DNA of 64,000 bases, taken from a virus. The notes beneath the pieces are model-generated. The model searched no databases and was not told the origin of the DNA. It was given only the letters and a program-made list of their open reading frames with translations. The stretch lies in IMG/VR virus record IMGVR_UViG_3300049435_000061, positions 1 through 64,000 of that record. One strand, given 5' to 3'. Of the stretch, positions 1 through 8,918 are shown in pieces. A program made the translations under genes and the position numbers. Numbering within the stretch: position 1 is the stretch's first letter; each line of letters begins with the position of its first letter.

Positions 1-992
1 ATGGCGCGCCCATAGTCGAGCTGTTTACGCCAGGTGATCAGCTGCATAGACCACTGTGCGGCCTTCCAGCCGTGGCGGATGTCGAATTCGTGCAGCGTGC
101 CCACCTGTTCGGTGTTGTCGACCAGCAGAACATAGGCAACGTCGTGGTCCAATTCTGCTGGCATGGTGTGCCATTCGGTGATTTCGACGTCACCGCTTTG
201 CGGTTTAATCATGCTGACCAACGGCGCATTGTTGTACATGGCTAGCTGCGCACCGGTTGAATGTGGATATTTGACGGCGTTTTCACCGGATTTCAGGTCG
301 ACCAAAACGACTCTGCCGTCAGCGGTTTCAAACGCCAACACCGCGTCGAACCGTCCCGCAATGATGTGTTCGGGATAGATGATGAACTGTTCGGCCAACT
401 CGGTGCGCGGCGTCAACCGGTAGCGGTCTAGGGTGCGTTCCAGAATGGCGGCGTCTTGGCGTTGCTGGTCGGTGATGAGCCGGTCTTTCTGGCCGGTCAA
501 AATCAGTTCCAGCACCCGGTGTTTCTGTGTGCCACGGTCGGCGGCGAAATGGGCCATCGCGATCTTTTTGGCTTGCTCGCAAAAATCTTCCAGTGCATCC
601 TTGTCGTCGGCGAACGCGGCCACATTTTCCCGCAGGTTGCGACCTTGCGGTTCAACAGTCAACCCGAGAGCCACCATGCGCTCATGCCACAGTTGGATGT
701 TGCGGTTGTCGGCGGCAATTTTGGCAACCGACGAAACCCCGGTGGCCCGTCTCGACTTGTCTTCGCCACGCTTCATGTAGTAACGGTGGCTGCGATCCCG
801 GTAGGTCAACGACAGCAGCTCAGGTGCGTCATTTGACGCAGCGGTGTCACCCAGTGGGGGTGGTGCCGGGTGGGTGGAAACCTGACGGTTGGCGCTGTCC
901 TCCTGGGATTTGCCCGAACCCGGTTCATCATTCCCACCCGACACCACGTTTCGGCGGTGCTTGCCGCAGGTGCAGCCGTCAGGGCATTTCAC
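1..992 (-). CDS. PD-(D/E)XK exonuclease (Cas4/RecE-like), runs off window edge
   Basis: Manual translation from GTG992 (RBS GAGGGAG): ...RGTQKHRVLE...IAGRFDAV...LVDLKSG...QLAMY; no stop before position 1. Confidence 0.8.
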   Translation of the reverse strand, partial: MKCPDGCTCGKHRRNVVSGGNDEPGSGKSQEDSANRQVSTHPAPPPLGDTAASNDAPELLSLTYRDRSHRYYMKRGEDKSRRATGVSSVAKIAADNRNIQLWHERMVALGLTVEPQGRNLRENVAAFADDKDALEDFCEQAKKIAMAHFAADRGTQKHRVLELILTGQKDRLITDQQRQDAAILERTLDRYRLTPRTELAEQFIIYPEHIIAGRFDAVLAFETADGRVVLVDLKSGENAVKYPHSTGAQLAMYNNAPLVSMIKPQSGDVEITEWHTMPAELDHDVAYVLLVDNTEQVGTLHEFDIRHGWKAAQWSMQLITWRKQLDYGRA

Positions 993-1099
993 GCTGCTCC
1001 CTCTTTCACCAGCTTGAAGTGTTCGTCGCAGAAGTATTCGTCGCCATCGCGTTCAGTAGCCAGGTCACCGCAAAACCAACAGCGTTGCAGCATAATCAT
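989..1099 (-). CDS. 36-aa Cys/His protein (MIMLQRCWFCGD...YFCDEH)
   Basis: Manual ORF; GTGA overlap with exonuclease start. Confidence 0.5.
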   Translation of the reverse strand: MIMLQRCWFCGDLATERDGDEYFCDEHFKLVKEGAA

Positions 1100-1271
1100 T
1101 TTCGGTCCCAGCCTTCCGACTGTGAAGTCCACACCGCGTGCAGCCGTGGCTTGCGGGGTGGCATTTTGCGGTCACGATGTTTGCGTGCCCGATAGGTGCC
1201 GGGCATCATCAACTGTTCGGTCTCCCGGTTGTCGGGTGCGTCAGCACCGTCATCGAGGGAGCGTTGGATGG

Positions 1272-1616
1272 TCAAGCCCGCCGCTGCCGATCCACATTGC
1301 GGGCGGCTTTCACCCCGGTCGGGTCCAGATACCCCAGCAGGGATCGCAGGCCGGTGTCGGCGGCGAACACCCGGTTGCGGCTGGTCTGGTCGGTCAGAAA
1401 CTCGTGGAAGCTCACGTGGGTGCGGGCCAAAGTCTGCTCGAACCGGCGCAACAGATTGGTGATTTTCGACGGGGACACTTCACCCGTATCCAGCATCCGG
1501 CGCTGGGCAGCCAAGAGCACCAGCTGTAGTTGACGTCCGGTAGGCGCGTTGCGGCGTGTTGTGGAGTTACCGGCCCCGTTGTGCGGCGCTTGCGCCGCTG
1601 ATACCGGCGTACTCAT
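1272..1616 (-). CDS. hypothetical protein
   Basis: ORF coupled (ATGA overlap) to Cro-like gene. Confidence 0.55.
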   Translation of the reverse strand: MSTPVSAAQAPHNGAGNSTTRRNAPTGRQLQLVLLAAQRRMLDTGEVSPSKITNLLRRFEQTLARTHVSFHEFLTDQTSRNRVFAADTGLRSLLGYLDPTGVKAARNVDRQRRA

Positions 1617-1927
1617 CCGCTGCCGCCGCTGGCTGCATACGGTGTGGGTTTGCGCCGCTGTGTGCGCCGCTGACGGCTTTTGGCGGATGCGGGGGCCTCG
1701 GGGGCCTCGGGTACCACGCGCAGCCGGGGCGCGTACAGGGAGGCCACCGAGACGTCGAAGTAGGCGGCGACGGTGCCCACCTCGTGGTCACGGAACGGGG
1801 TTTCCCCGCGAAGGCGGCGGCTCATGGATGAGTGGGTCAAACCCAACAGTTGTGCCAGCTCAGCCTGCGTTTCATCGCGGGCGGCAAGTTCACCTCGGAT
1901 GTTGGCTGCGACTGTGGAGCCAGGCAT
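1613..1927 (-). CDS. Cro-like XRE HTH regulator
   Basis: TQAELAQLLGLTHSSMSRRLRG HTH; divergent from repressor. Confidence 0.8.
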   Translation of the reverse strand: MPGSTVAANIRGELAARDETQAELAQLLGLTHSSMSRRLRGETPFRDHEVGTVAAYFDVSVASLYAPRLRVVPEAPEAPASAKSRQRRTQRRKPTPYAASGGSG

Positions 1928-2090
1928 GGTGGGATTCTATGCCGCTAGGCGGCAGCTGTGCAACGATAGCGGGAAAACTTTCCGGCGTGTGTCCATCCGT
2001 ACCACCTGGCACGGATGTACCGTGTCCTGTTTGCGAAGCACCAAGGTCCAGGTAACGAATGTGTGAACCAATCCCACTAGGGTTGCACAA

Positions 2091-2107
2091 TTCCCGATCA
2101 CCGGGAA
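2091..2107. promoter_or_regulatory. candidate operator, inverted repeat TTCCCG-N5-CGGGAA
   Basis: Palindrome in cro/repressor intergenic region; a second IR (CATCCGT...ACGGATG) lies near 1995-2018. Confidence 0.35.
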
Positions 2108-2160
2108 TCATCGAGGTTGTGGTTTAACAGAGCAACACAGACAGAAGGACGAGATATCCC

Positions 2161-2625
2161 ATGACAACAGCCAAAATGCCGCTGCACGTAGCAGTTGGCA
2201 AACGTTTGGCAGGGAAACTTCGTGAACACGGAATTACCTACGAACAGCTCGGCGAGACCTGTGGCTGGTCGACGTCTTCGATCAGTCGCCGGATTCGCGG
2301 CGAAACCGCCCTGTCACTGTCCGACCTGGAATGCATCGAGGCAGCAACCGGTATCAGCGTCTCGACTTTACTCGGTGATCAGGCGGAACCCTTGATTACC
2401 AGCATTGGTGGGCAGAAGCAGCAACACCCTTTTCGGAGCGGTGGCGACAGTGGAGCGAGCAATACAGCACCTTCCTCGCCGACTGGGAGGACCGCCAACA
2501 ACAATGGGCAGCCCAATGACAATCTGCGAAAATTTGGTGGCTACAGTTTGCTGCTCCCCCGGCTGGACTCGAACCAGCAACCCTTCGGTTTACGACAGCT
2601 GCTACAGCGGTACGCCGCCGCTTGA
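2161..2625 (+). CDS. immunity repressor (XRE HTH) containing attP, with ssrA-like C-terminus
   Basis: TYEQLGETCGWSTSSISRRIRG HTH; RBS AGAAGGA; ends QRYAAA. Confidence 0.85.
   Translation: MTTAKMPLHVAVGKRLAGKLREHGITYEQLGETCGWSTSSISRRIRGETALSLSDLECIEAATGISVSTLLGDQAEPLITSIGGQKQQHPFRSGGDSGASNTAPSSPTGRTANNNGQPNDNLRKFGGYSLLLPRLDSNQQPFGLRQLLQRYAAA
2553..2590 (-). other. attP common core = 3' half of a tRNA-Asn(GTT)
   Basis: Reverse complement AACCGAAGGGTTGCTGGTTCGAGTCCAGCCGGGGGAGC has anticodon-stem 3' strand, T-arm and acceptor 3' strand; no 5' half. Confidence 0.85.
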
Positions 2626-2765
2626 TATCGCCCCTGTTCACACCCCAAAATTCTGCCAGTGCCCACTGGGCCAGTGCGCAGTGAACGTTAACCATGAATT
2701 GACAAGTCGTTAACCAGCGGTTTGCTGGTTTTTAACCGGGATGCTCGCCAGCCTTCCATCAGGGG

Positions 2766-3743
2766 ATGATCAGAAAAATGTCTGATAAGTCTTGTTATTT
2801 ACACCTGCGACTATTATCCTCAACACCTGTGAGCAGGGGTTACACCCTGCCTGGGGGCTGGGAAAAAGCTATCGGGGGATGGCTCGACTGGCTGCGCCTG
2901 CAGGGCCACCGAGACACCACGTTACGGACGCGGCGCGGACAGGTGCGTTCGCTGGCCCGCCAAAGCGGTGTTCGCCACCCCGCCGAAGTCGACGTCGCCT
3001 GCCTGGTGCGCCTGTGCAGTCGACCGGGCGTCAGTTCCGATCACCGGCACGGCCAGCGGGCGGCGCTGATCAGCTTCTACGACTGGTGTGTCGCCAACGC
3101 GGTCACCACCCACAACCCGGCTGCGGCGCTGCCCAAAGTGAAGCCGTCCAAACCCCGTCCCCGGCCCACACCCGACGAGGTGTGGAAACAGTTGGTGGCG
3201 TGCGCACCGCCGCGCGAGACGCTGATGGCCGTGCTGGCGTGCGAGGCCGGTTTGCGGCGTGCCGAGGTGGCCGCACTGCACTACGACGACCTGGTGCGCG
3301 ACCACACCGGGTGGCTGCTGATCATCAACGGTAAAGGCGGCAAACAGCGCGCCGTGCCGATCAACAACCGGCTGGCGCGGGTGCTGCGCACCCACTGTCG
3401 TGGCGGGTATGTGTTTCCCGGCAAAATCGACGGGCACCTGTCACCGGACGCGGTGGGGCGTGTCATATCACGGTTGATGCCGCCAGGGTGGACGATGCAC
3501 AAGTTGAGACACAGGTTCGCCACCAAAGGTTTCAACGGAACCCACAATCTGCTGGCCGTCAAAGAGGCGCTGGGGCATTCCAGTGTCGCGACCACGCAGC
3601 TGTACACGGCGATCAACCTCAGCGATGTTCGCTCGGTTTGTGACGCCGCAACCGAAGATTGGAGTGAATGTGACGATGGACCGGACCAAACTGCGGGGGC
3701 ACACAGAGTTCGAGCTACGACTGGCGTTACGCCAGGAACGTAA
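2766..3743 (+). CDS. int: tyrosine integrase, apparently lacking N-terminal arm-binding domain
   Basis: GLRRAE, GKGGK, HKLRH, LGH, TQLYT catalytic motifs; adjacent to attP; start uncertain. Confidence 0.92.
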   Translation: MIRKMSDKSCYLHLRLLSSTPVSRGYTLPGGWEKAIGGWLDWLRLQGHRDTTLRTRRGQVRSLARQSGVRHPAEVDVACLVRLCSRPGVSSDHRHGQRAALISFYDWCVANAVTTHNPAAALPKVKPSKPRPRPTPDEVWKQLVACAPPRETLMAVLACEAGLRRAEVAALHYDDLVRDHTGWLLIINGKGGKQRAVPINNRLARVLRTHCRGGYVFPGKIDGHLSPDAVGRVISRLMPPGWTMHKLRHRFATKGFNGTHNLLAVKEALGHSSVATTQLYTAINLSDVRSVCDAATEDWSECDDGPDQTAGAHRVRATTGVTPGT

Positions 3744-3858
3744 CACACTCATGATTGAACGGTCCGATTTGATACCAAAGATTAGACGGCTCAACGAGAT
3801 TGAGGATCGGCTCAACGAGATTGAGAAAGCCGAATACCTGCTCGACAACTACGGCTAA
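3670..3858 (+). CDS. small coiled-coil protein overlapping the int 3' end
   Basis: AAGATTGGAG at 3655-3664 precedes in-frame GTG3670/ATG3676. Confidence 0.45.
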   Translation: MTMDRTKLRGHTEFELRLALRQERNTLMIERSDLIPKIRRLNEIEDRLNEIEKAEYLLDNYG

Positions 3859-3920
3859 CCGACGAGGGGCGGGCCAGGAACTTTGCCCAGCGCCCGGCCC
3901 GCCCCAACCTTAAAACGGCA

Positions 3921-3980
3921 ACAAAAAACCCGCCGACCAGTGCACGATTGGAGTAGTGCACCGGCCAGCGGGTTTTGTTG
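3921..3980 (-). terminator. intrinsic terminator of the leftward early operon (possibly bidirectional)
   Basis: 17-bp stem 3929-3972, fully paired on minus strand with 3 G.U pairs, followed by U6. Confidence 0.8.
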
Positions 3981-4007
3981 TGTAGCAAGAATAGTCTCCT
4001 CGTTTTT

Positions 4008-4211
4008 TCACCCTTTCATTCGTTTGTGCACACCGATCAGCCGCGTGATGATTCGGCGCATCTCGTCTTCTATCGGTCCGTCGTCGGCGTAGCCTTCCAG
4101 GAAGTCGCGCACCAGCTTTGACGGCGTGGTGCCCTCCCGTTGGGCTTTCGACGCGGCTTTATGCCAGATGTCGTGGGGCACGCGGACATAGTGTTTTGGC
4201 GTTTCAGCCAC
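4008..4211 (-). CDS. ribbon-helix-helix DNA-binding protein
   Basis: HYVRVPHDIWHKAASKAQREGTTPSKLVRDFL. Confidence 0.7.
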   Translation of the reverse strand: MAETPKHYVRVPHDIWHKAASKAQREGTTPSKLVRDFLEGYADDGPIEDEMRRIITRLIGVHKRMKG

Positions 4212-4554
4212 CGTCGATCACCTCCTGCAAGACATCGAGATAGGGCACGTCGCTCAACTCTTCACCGTCAACCGTGTTGACGCCGACCGGTCCACAAAAG
4301 ATGTCACCAGGCAACAACTGTGCGCCGCCCAATGCGTACCACAGGCGTGTAGCCACATGGTTGGGTGGCAAGCCTTTGAACTTGCCCTCCTCGTCCATGC
4401 TGAATACGAATCGCCTGTCGTCTATCAACGTATACATGGCCTGCACATACCCGCCACCCAGCACCGCCTGGTTGAACGCCGGATATTCTATTGGCACGTC
4501 ACGGATTTCAAACGTACCGTCCGACTGGATGACCAGTGTCTTTGCCGTCTTCAT
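4204..4554 (-). CDS. DUF3846-like protein
   Basis: DEEGKFKGLPPNHVATRLW...GDIFCGPV; start-associated motif upstream. Confidence 0.65.
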   Translation of the reverse strand: MKTAKTLVIQSDGTFEIRDVPIEYPAFNQAVLGGGYVQAMYTLIDDRRFVFSMDEEGKFKGLPPNHVATRLWYALGGAQLLPGDIFCGPVGVNTVDGEELSDVPYLDVLQEVIDGG

Positions 4555-4585
4555 TGTTGTGTCTCCAATCTTGGTTGTTGTTTTT

Positions 4586-4653
4586 GGTCTGAACAGACCA
4601 GGATGCACACCCCAGGAGCAAAGCTCCTGTGATGTGCACCCCTACCTGTTCAG
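4586..4653 (-). repeat. intergenic hairpin element 1 (type A)
   Basis: CTGAACAG...CTGTTCAG long stem; upstream TGA inside CTGAAC; alternative stem GGTCT/AGACC. Confidence 0.9.
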
Positions 4654-5126
4654 GTCACAACGACCGTTGCTTGCGGTGGGTAGGGCCGCAGTGCCTTGGC
4701 GTGCGCAAACACCTGACGCGGGTTGAACATGGTGTTTCTCGCGTACATCGAATGTGGGTCACGCCACGGTCGACCGTTCACTTTGAACCATTCCCGGCCT
4801 TCATGCTCATCGAACCAAAGCGCCATGCCGTGGCAGAAGTCGTAGAAGTCTTCAACTGTTTCCACGAACGTCGGAATCGGTTGATGCATGTGCAATTCCG
4901 TGATCTGGTTGGGGTGGTAGGTGTTGGGCACGTTCAACAGGTAGTCGATGCACGCTTCGCGAACCCGAACGTTTTGCACGTTGAAACCGCAGTAGTAGCT
5001 CGGTGTGTGCACCGACATGGACAGGCCGGGTCGCCACGACACGACGGTCAGCAGCCCGTTGAAGTCTTCGACTGTCATGCCGTCGATGCTGGCTTGCAGG
5101 TCTGGTTGGTTTGATACCGTTTCCAT
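4650..5126 (-). CDS. hypothetical protein
   Basis: SAS-led ORF ending in element 1. Confidence 0.8.
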   Translation of the reverse strand: METVSNQPDLQASIDGMTVEDFNGLLTVVSWRPGLSMSVHTPSYYCGFNVQNVRVREACIDYLLNVPNTYHPNQITELHMHQPIPTFVETVEDFYDFCHGMALWFDEHEGREWFKVNGRPWRDPHSMYARNTMFNPRQVFAHAKALRPYPPQATVVVT

Positions 5127-5178
5127 TTCTCTGTCTCCAATCTTGTTTTACCGCTTCGCGATACGCCGCTAAGCGGCT

Positions 5179-5259
5179 GGTCTAAACAGACCGGGCACCA
5201 CAGTGGCCCAGGTGCGACACATGTCGCACCTGAAACACCGTGGCACCCTACCTGTTCAG
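5179..5259 (-). repeat. hairpin element 2 (type A)
   Basis: CTGAACAG/CTGTTTAG; TGA 5256-5258 in 5' arm. Confidence 0.9.
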
Positions 5260-5648
5260 GTCCTTTCTAGTATTCGTCGTTCCCGTTCCGACATGAGTCG
5301 CGCGTCCGGCACCCACAACCCCTGCTGCCCACGGCACTGGATCGGGCGATCCAGGGGTCGTGGATTGGACAGCAGCCAGTGATACTGCCCACGTGCAGCC
5401 CAGCGGCTTCGGCTGTTGTCGACCACGCCGACCAGGTCGACCACGCCGACAATCACGCCACCTGGCATACCGACCAGCAGGTCATAGCCTCGTTTTTCCA
5501 AGACTCGGCCACCCTCATAGTCGAAGGTTTTCCCGGCGTGAATCGCTAGCGGCCCACGGTATTCTGTGGTCCACGTGCGGTTTTCGACGTCCTTCCCGAA
5601 CGCGATGATGGCATGCGCCCATGGCTGTCTGACGGTGAGGGCATACAT
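5256..5648 (-). CDS. ASCH domain protein
   Basis: ALTVRQPWA...GKDVENRTW...YRGPLAIHAG. Confidence 0.85.
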   Translation of the reverse strand: MYALTVRQPWAHAIIAFGKDVENRTWTTEYRGPLAIHAGKTFDYEGGRVLEKRGYDLLVGMPGGVIVGVVDLVGVVDNSRSRWAARGQYHWLLSNPRPLDRPIQCRGQQGLWVPDARLMSERERRILERT

Positions 5649-5821
5649 TATGCGAACTCCCATCTGCCGCAGCGGTTGCCGTTGACGTCGAAGACACGTC
5701 CGACGCCACTGTCGTCAACGTTGATGTCGTCGGCGACTTTGTGCAGGATGCGTTGCAGCTCACCGATAGGATCATCGGTGAAAGCTGACCCGTGGTCGGT
5801 GTACACGGTGAGAGTGAACAT
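5648..5821 (-). CDS. hypothetical protein
   Basis: Coupled ORF MFTLTVYTD...DVNGNRCGRWEFA. Confidence 0.65.
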   Translation of the reverse strand: MFTLTVYTDHGSAFTDDPIGELQRILHKVADDINVDDSGVGRVFDVNGNRCGRWEFA

Positions 5822-6255
5822 CACACACCCACCAATACAACCTCGTGCCATTGCAGGTCGGCCCACTTGGTGTCCCAGTGCGCTGCCCAGCGCAGAATCC
5901 CTTGCGGATTCAGCACATAGACATATTCGGTATCCCAATACTCATGGGCGTCTTCAGGTGTGGCGTAGTGCTCATTGCCTTGCTCACCGATGTACCGAAC
6001 ACCGAACCCTGCCACTAGCTCAAAGCGGTCAGGGTCGGTGGGATACATCTCACCAGTGGGGTTGCCGTCGAACGATGACCACCCTGCCGGTGTATGTAAC
6101 AAGGTGCTCACTACGCGGTCGATACCATGGGTGGCAATCAACCGTTGCAGTGTTTGCACCTTGCCCCACTGACCATCTGGGTAGCCATCGCTGTGGACAT
6201 AGACCAGTCGGATGCCGGAATCGGTTTCTGCACCGATAAGGCTTCTGGTACTCAT
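5821..6255 (-). CDS. phage hypothetical protein (MSTRS...YVHSDGYP type)
   Basis: SAS-led ORF. Confidence 0.75.
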   Translation of the reverse strand: MSTRSLIGAETDSGIRLVYVHSDGYPDGQWGKVQTLQRLIATHGIDRVVSTLLHTPAGWSSFDGNPTGEMYPTDPDRFELVAGFGVRYIGEQGNEHYATPEDAHEYWDTEYVYVLNPQGILRWAAHWDTKWADLQWHEVVLVGV

Positions 6256-6320
6256 TGTTGTCTCCAATCTTGTTTCATTGGCGCAAGCACCAACTACCGG
6301 CTACGCCGGTCGGATGTTCA

Positions 6321-6385
6321 GGCTGAACAACCGTGGAAGCCAACACCGCTGCTAGGCAGCGGAATTGGCAACCATGACGGTTCAG
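6321..6385 (-). repeat. hairpin element 3 (divergent)
   Basis: CTGAAC/GTTCAG; TGA 6382-6384 in arm; alternative stem GGTT/AGCC. Confidence 0.85.
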
Positions 6386-6483
6386 TGCATTGTCATGCTG
6401 GTCTCAGCGATCAGGAACAGCACAACCACGTACAGAACAACGAGCAGAAACAGCTCGGCTACAACCAGTCCGGTGTAGCCCAC
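6382..6483 (-). CDS. 33-aa single-TM peptide
   Basis: MGYTGLVVAELFLLVVLYVVVLFLIAETSMTMH*; stop falls exactly in element 3. Confidence 0.55.
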   Translation of the reverse strand: MGYTGLVVAELFLLVVLYVVVLFLIAETSMTMH

Positions 6484-7187
6484 TGACGTGGGTCGTCGTC
6501 GCCGAATTTGACCGGCATCACCAGGCCTACGAAGTCGTCGCCGATGGTGACAGTCAACGGCTTCTGGCCATACCCGTATGCACTGTCGTGGGCATAGACG
6601 AAGATCCGGCTGGCCCGGTCGCCGGTGCCTTTCACCTTGCCGAACGATGCGAGATATTCGGCGGTGAAAGCCGTTGCGTGACGCGACTTGGCGAGCACGT
6701 CACGCATGTTTTGCGCGGTTTGTGCCGTCACCTTGGCCGTTGAATCCGGCGCTGGCAGCGGCGGCAACGACACCGACTTGGGGAACAGTCCACGGAACTT
6801 CGGGAAGTCGACGTCGGCGATCCTCGCCGCAGCCAAGCTGCCGTCGTTGAATGTGAACTGCACCGACTTGCCATCCGATGTGACATCGACGGCACGCCAG
6901 CCCTCTTCTGCACGCTTTGTCTTGGCGGATTGGATGAGCCGCTTGACGTCGTCCAGATAGAGTGACATTGACACCTCGTCGCCGTCGAGCACCTTGGCCC
7001 GTGAAACGCCCAACCGGAACCTGTCGGTAGCGATTGCGAGAACCTGGTCTTTGTCGAATTCAAGGCGCACCACGTTGATGCCGGGCAGTGTCACGTCCGT
7101 GGACGCAAACAGGCTCGCGTCGCTGAGGATTCGGTGCAGATCGACCGATTGAACCGTGCCCAACTTAAGGGTGGTTGCTGTACTCAT
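6459..7187 (-). CDS. DNA polymerase III beta-clamp-like protein (shorter than DnaN)
   Basis: FASTDVTLPGINVVRLE...AIATDRFRLG...DFPKFRGLFP...GLVMPVK; 242 aa. Confidence 0.8.
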   Translation of the reverse strand: MSTATTLKLGTVQSVDLHRILSDASLFASTDVTLPGINVVRLEFDKDQVLAIATDRFRLGVSRAKVLDGDEVSMSLYLDDVKRLIQSAKTKRAEEGWRAVDVTSDGKSVQFTFNDGSLAAARIADVDFPKFRGLFPKSVSLPPLPAPDSTAKVTAQTAQNMRDVLAKSRHATAFTAEYLASFGKVKGTGDRASRIFVYAHDSAYGYGQKPLTVTIGDDFVGLVMPVKFGDDDPRQWATPDWL

Positions 7188-7259
7188 TTTTGTGTCTCCA
7201 ATCTTGTTTGACCTGTTCAACACCGGCACTTTGCCGGTGTGACCGGTCGACAGACCGGT

Positions 7260-7319
7260 TGGTTCTGAACAGACCAGGCTACCCACAACTTGTGGTTGTG
7301 GGCACCCCTACCGGTTCAG
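7260..7319 (-). repeat. hairpin element 4 (type A)
   Basis: TGA 7316-7318 in arm. Confidence 0.9.
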
Positions 7320-7726
7320 TCGAGTGTGACGAAGCTTTGCCACGGCAATGGGTCAGCCCATTGGCGCTTGACGCTTTCGGCGTGTTCACGCGCCTCGGAT
7401 TCCGTTGCGAACCAGTAGGCCCGCAGGTCGTGCTGGTCGTCGCCGATCCAGTCGTGCTCGGGTTTGAAATTGTCGACCGGCACCCAACACTGTGGATCGC
7501 TGCTGCTGTCGACGTCGAACGGAACACACAACGTTTGACCGCCAAGCAGTTTGACGGTTTGGCCGGTGATGCGTGCCACGCCGACCTCGATGTCGACTAT
7601 CCGGTCAGGGTCGGGTTCATCGTCGCCCGCACATATCGGGAGAACGCTGACACCCCACCCTTGATGGAAGGTGAAACGCACCGACAGATCCAACCACCGT
7701 TCCGCCGCTTCATATGTGTCACTCAT
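7316..7726 (-). CDS. hypothetical protein
   Basis: SAS-led ORF. Confidence 0.75.
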   Translation of the reverse strand: MSDTYEAAERWLDLSVRFTFHQGWGVSVLPICAGDDEPDPDRIVDIEVGVARITGQTVKLLGGQTLCVPFDVDSSSDPQCWVPVDNFKPEHDWIGDDQHDLRAYWFATESEAREHAESVKRQWADPLPWQSFVTLD

Positions 7727-7747
7727 GTTTGTCTCCAATCCTGTTGT

Positions 7748-7805
7748 GGTCCTAAACAGACCAGGCAACCACCCGCTGCCCCGGGTGGCTCCCCTACCGG
7801 TTTAG
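7748..7805 (-). repeat. hairpin element 5 (type A)
   Basis: CTAAAC/GTTTAG compensatory change; TAA 7802-7804 in arm. Confidence 0.9.
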
Positions 7806-8008
7806 TCGCGGAGTCGTTCTATCTTGTCGTCGCATCGTTGGCAGATGGGTACCTGCCCCAACACGGGGTGGTCGCGCAACCCGTTGGCGGGGTTGGTGCA
7901 CTTGGCGAACCATTCGCACAGTGCGTACCCGTACCCATATCTCCGATGTTGTTCCAGCAGTGCATCGCCGGTTTGTTGCACCCGGTCGTCAATGTTGAGG
8001 CGGCTCAT
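7802..8008 (-). CDS. small Cys-rich protein
   Basis: CEWFAKC...ICQRC; coupled ORF. Confidence 0.7.
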   Translation of the reverse strand: MSRLNIDDRVQQTGDALLEQHRRYGYGYALCEWFAKCTNPANGLRDHPVLGQVPICQRCDDKIERLRD

Positions 8009-8511
8009 TTCGGTGCCACCTCACTGCACTGCCACACCCGCACGTTGACGTCGACATGCACGGCGTTGTGTGCCGTCCAGTGGTCGCGGTGGAAAAACCA
8101 GAACCGGGTGGGACGTGTCTCACCTGTGTCAGTCAACGTGTTGACTGGCACCGAACCGTACAGCCCACCGGAAAAGTTTCCGTTGCCACTGGATTGCAAG
8201 TGCCACGAGCCACCGTTGATCCGGCGTCCACGATCCGATGTGGCATCCGACGTTTGTACGCCGCCACTCGGTGGATGGGATTGTGCGTCGCCGAACCACA
8301 CGTAGCTGATTCGGCGCGTCACGCCATCGGCGAACTCGACCCAATCGCCTTCCAGTGGGAGCGGGTTGGCGAGACGTTTGGTTTGACGTTCATTAAGCAA
8401 CCCAATGTCTTTCGGGTCGGGTGTGAACACCGGGTGCTCACCGCTGAAATTCCAGCAGCGCCACACCTCACTGTCCGCCGAGACGATGCGCGGTACTTCT
8501 GTTGTGTTCAT
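8005..8511 (-). CDS. DUF4121-like protein
   Basis: GDWVEFADG...GNFSGGL...LTDTGETRPTRFWFFHRD; family recalled, not searched. Confidence 0.55.
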   Translation of the reverse strand: MNTTEVPRIVSADSEVWRCWNFSGEHPVFTPDPKDIGLLNERQTKRLANPLPLEGDWVEFADGVTRRISYVWFGDAQSHPPSGGVQTSDATSDRGRRINGGSWHLQSSGNGNFSGGLYGSVPVNTLTDTGETRPTRFWFFHRDHWTAHNAVHVDVNVRVWQCSEVAPK

Positions 8512-8531
8512 TGTGTCTCCAATCTTGTTGT

Positions 8532-8589
8532 GGTCTAAGCAGACCAGGCAACCACCCGCTTACAACGGGTGGCTCCCCTACCGGCTTAG
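8532..8589 (-). repeat. hairpin element 6 (type A)
   Basis: CTAAGC/GCTTAG compensatory change; TAA 8586-8588 in arm. Confidence 0.9.
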
Positions 8590-8834
8590 TCCCTTTCGGC
8601 GGTGATTGCTTTGGCCGGGACTATCACTGTTGTGGTGTTGTCGTCGTCGGCGAGTACGGCGAACGCGCGGTGAAATTCCCGCGTGGTGAGTCGCACCACA
8701 CGCCCGAATCGGCGTGGTTCGCCGTCGAACTGCCACGACACCCGGTCACCACGTTCGATACGGTCTGTTGCATCGAGTATGGTCTTGCTTGGCGGGCAGG
8801 CAATGTCCAGCGGCTTGTGCTGTTTGATACCCAT
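8586..8834 (-). CDS. hypothetical protein
   Basis: SAS-led ORF. Confidence 0.7.
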   Translation of the reverse strand: MGIKQHKPLDIACPPSKTILDATDRIERGDRVSWQFDGEPRRFGRVVRLTTREFHRAFAVLADDDNTTTVIVPAKAITAERD

Positions 8835-8856
8835 TTCTTGTCTCCAATCTTGTTAC

Positions 8857-8918
8857 GGTGTTTGAACACACCAGCCCCCACACAGGCACGGATGTCTGTG
8901 TGGGAGAGTCATGTTCAA
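8857..8918 (-). repeat. hairpin element 7 (type B)
   Basis: TTGAAC/GTTCAA; TGA 8915-8917; alternative stem GGTGT/ACACC. Confidence 0.9.

Noticed and set aside
2553-2590. Functional tRNA gene
   Set aside because: Only the 3' half is present; interpreted as attP
7175-8305. 376-aa plus-strand ORF and similar antisense ORFs across the window
   Set aside because: Antisense to SAS- or RBS-led genes; no recognisable motifs
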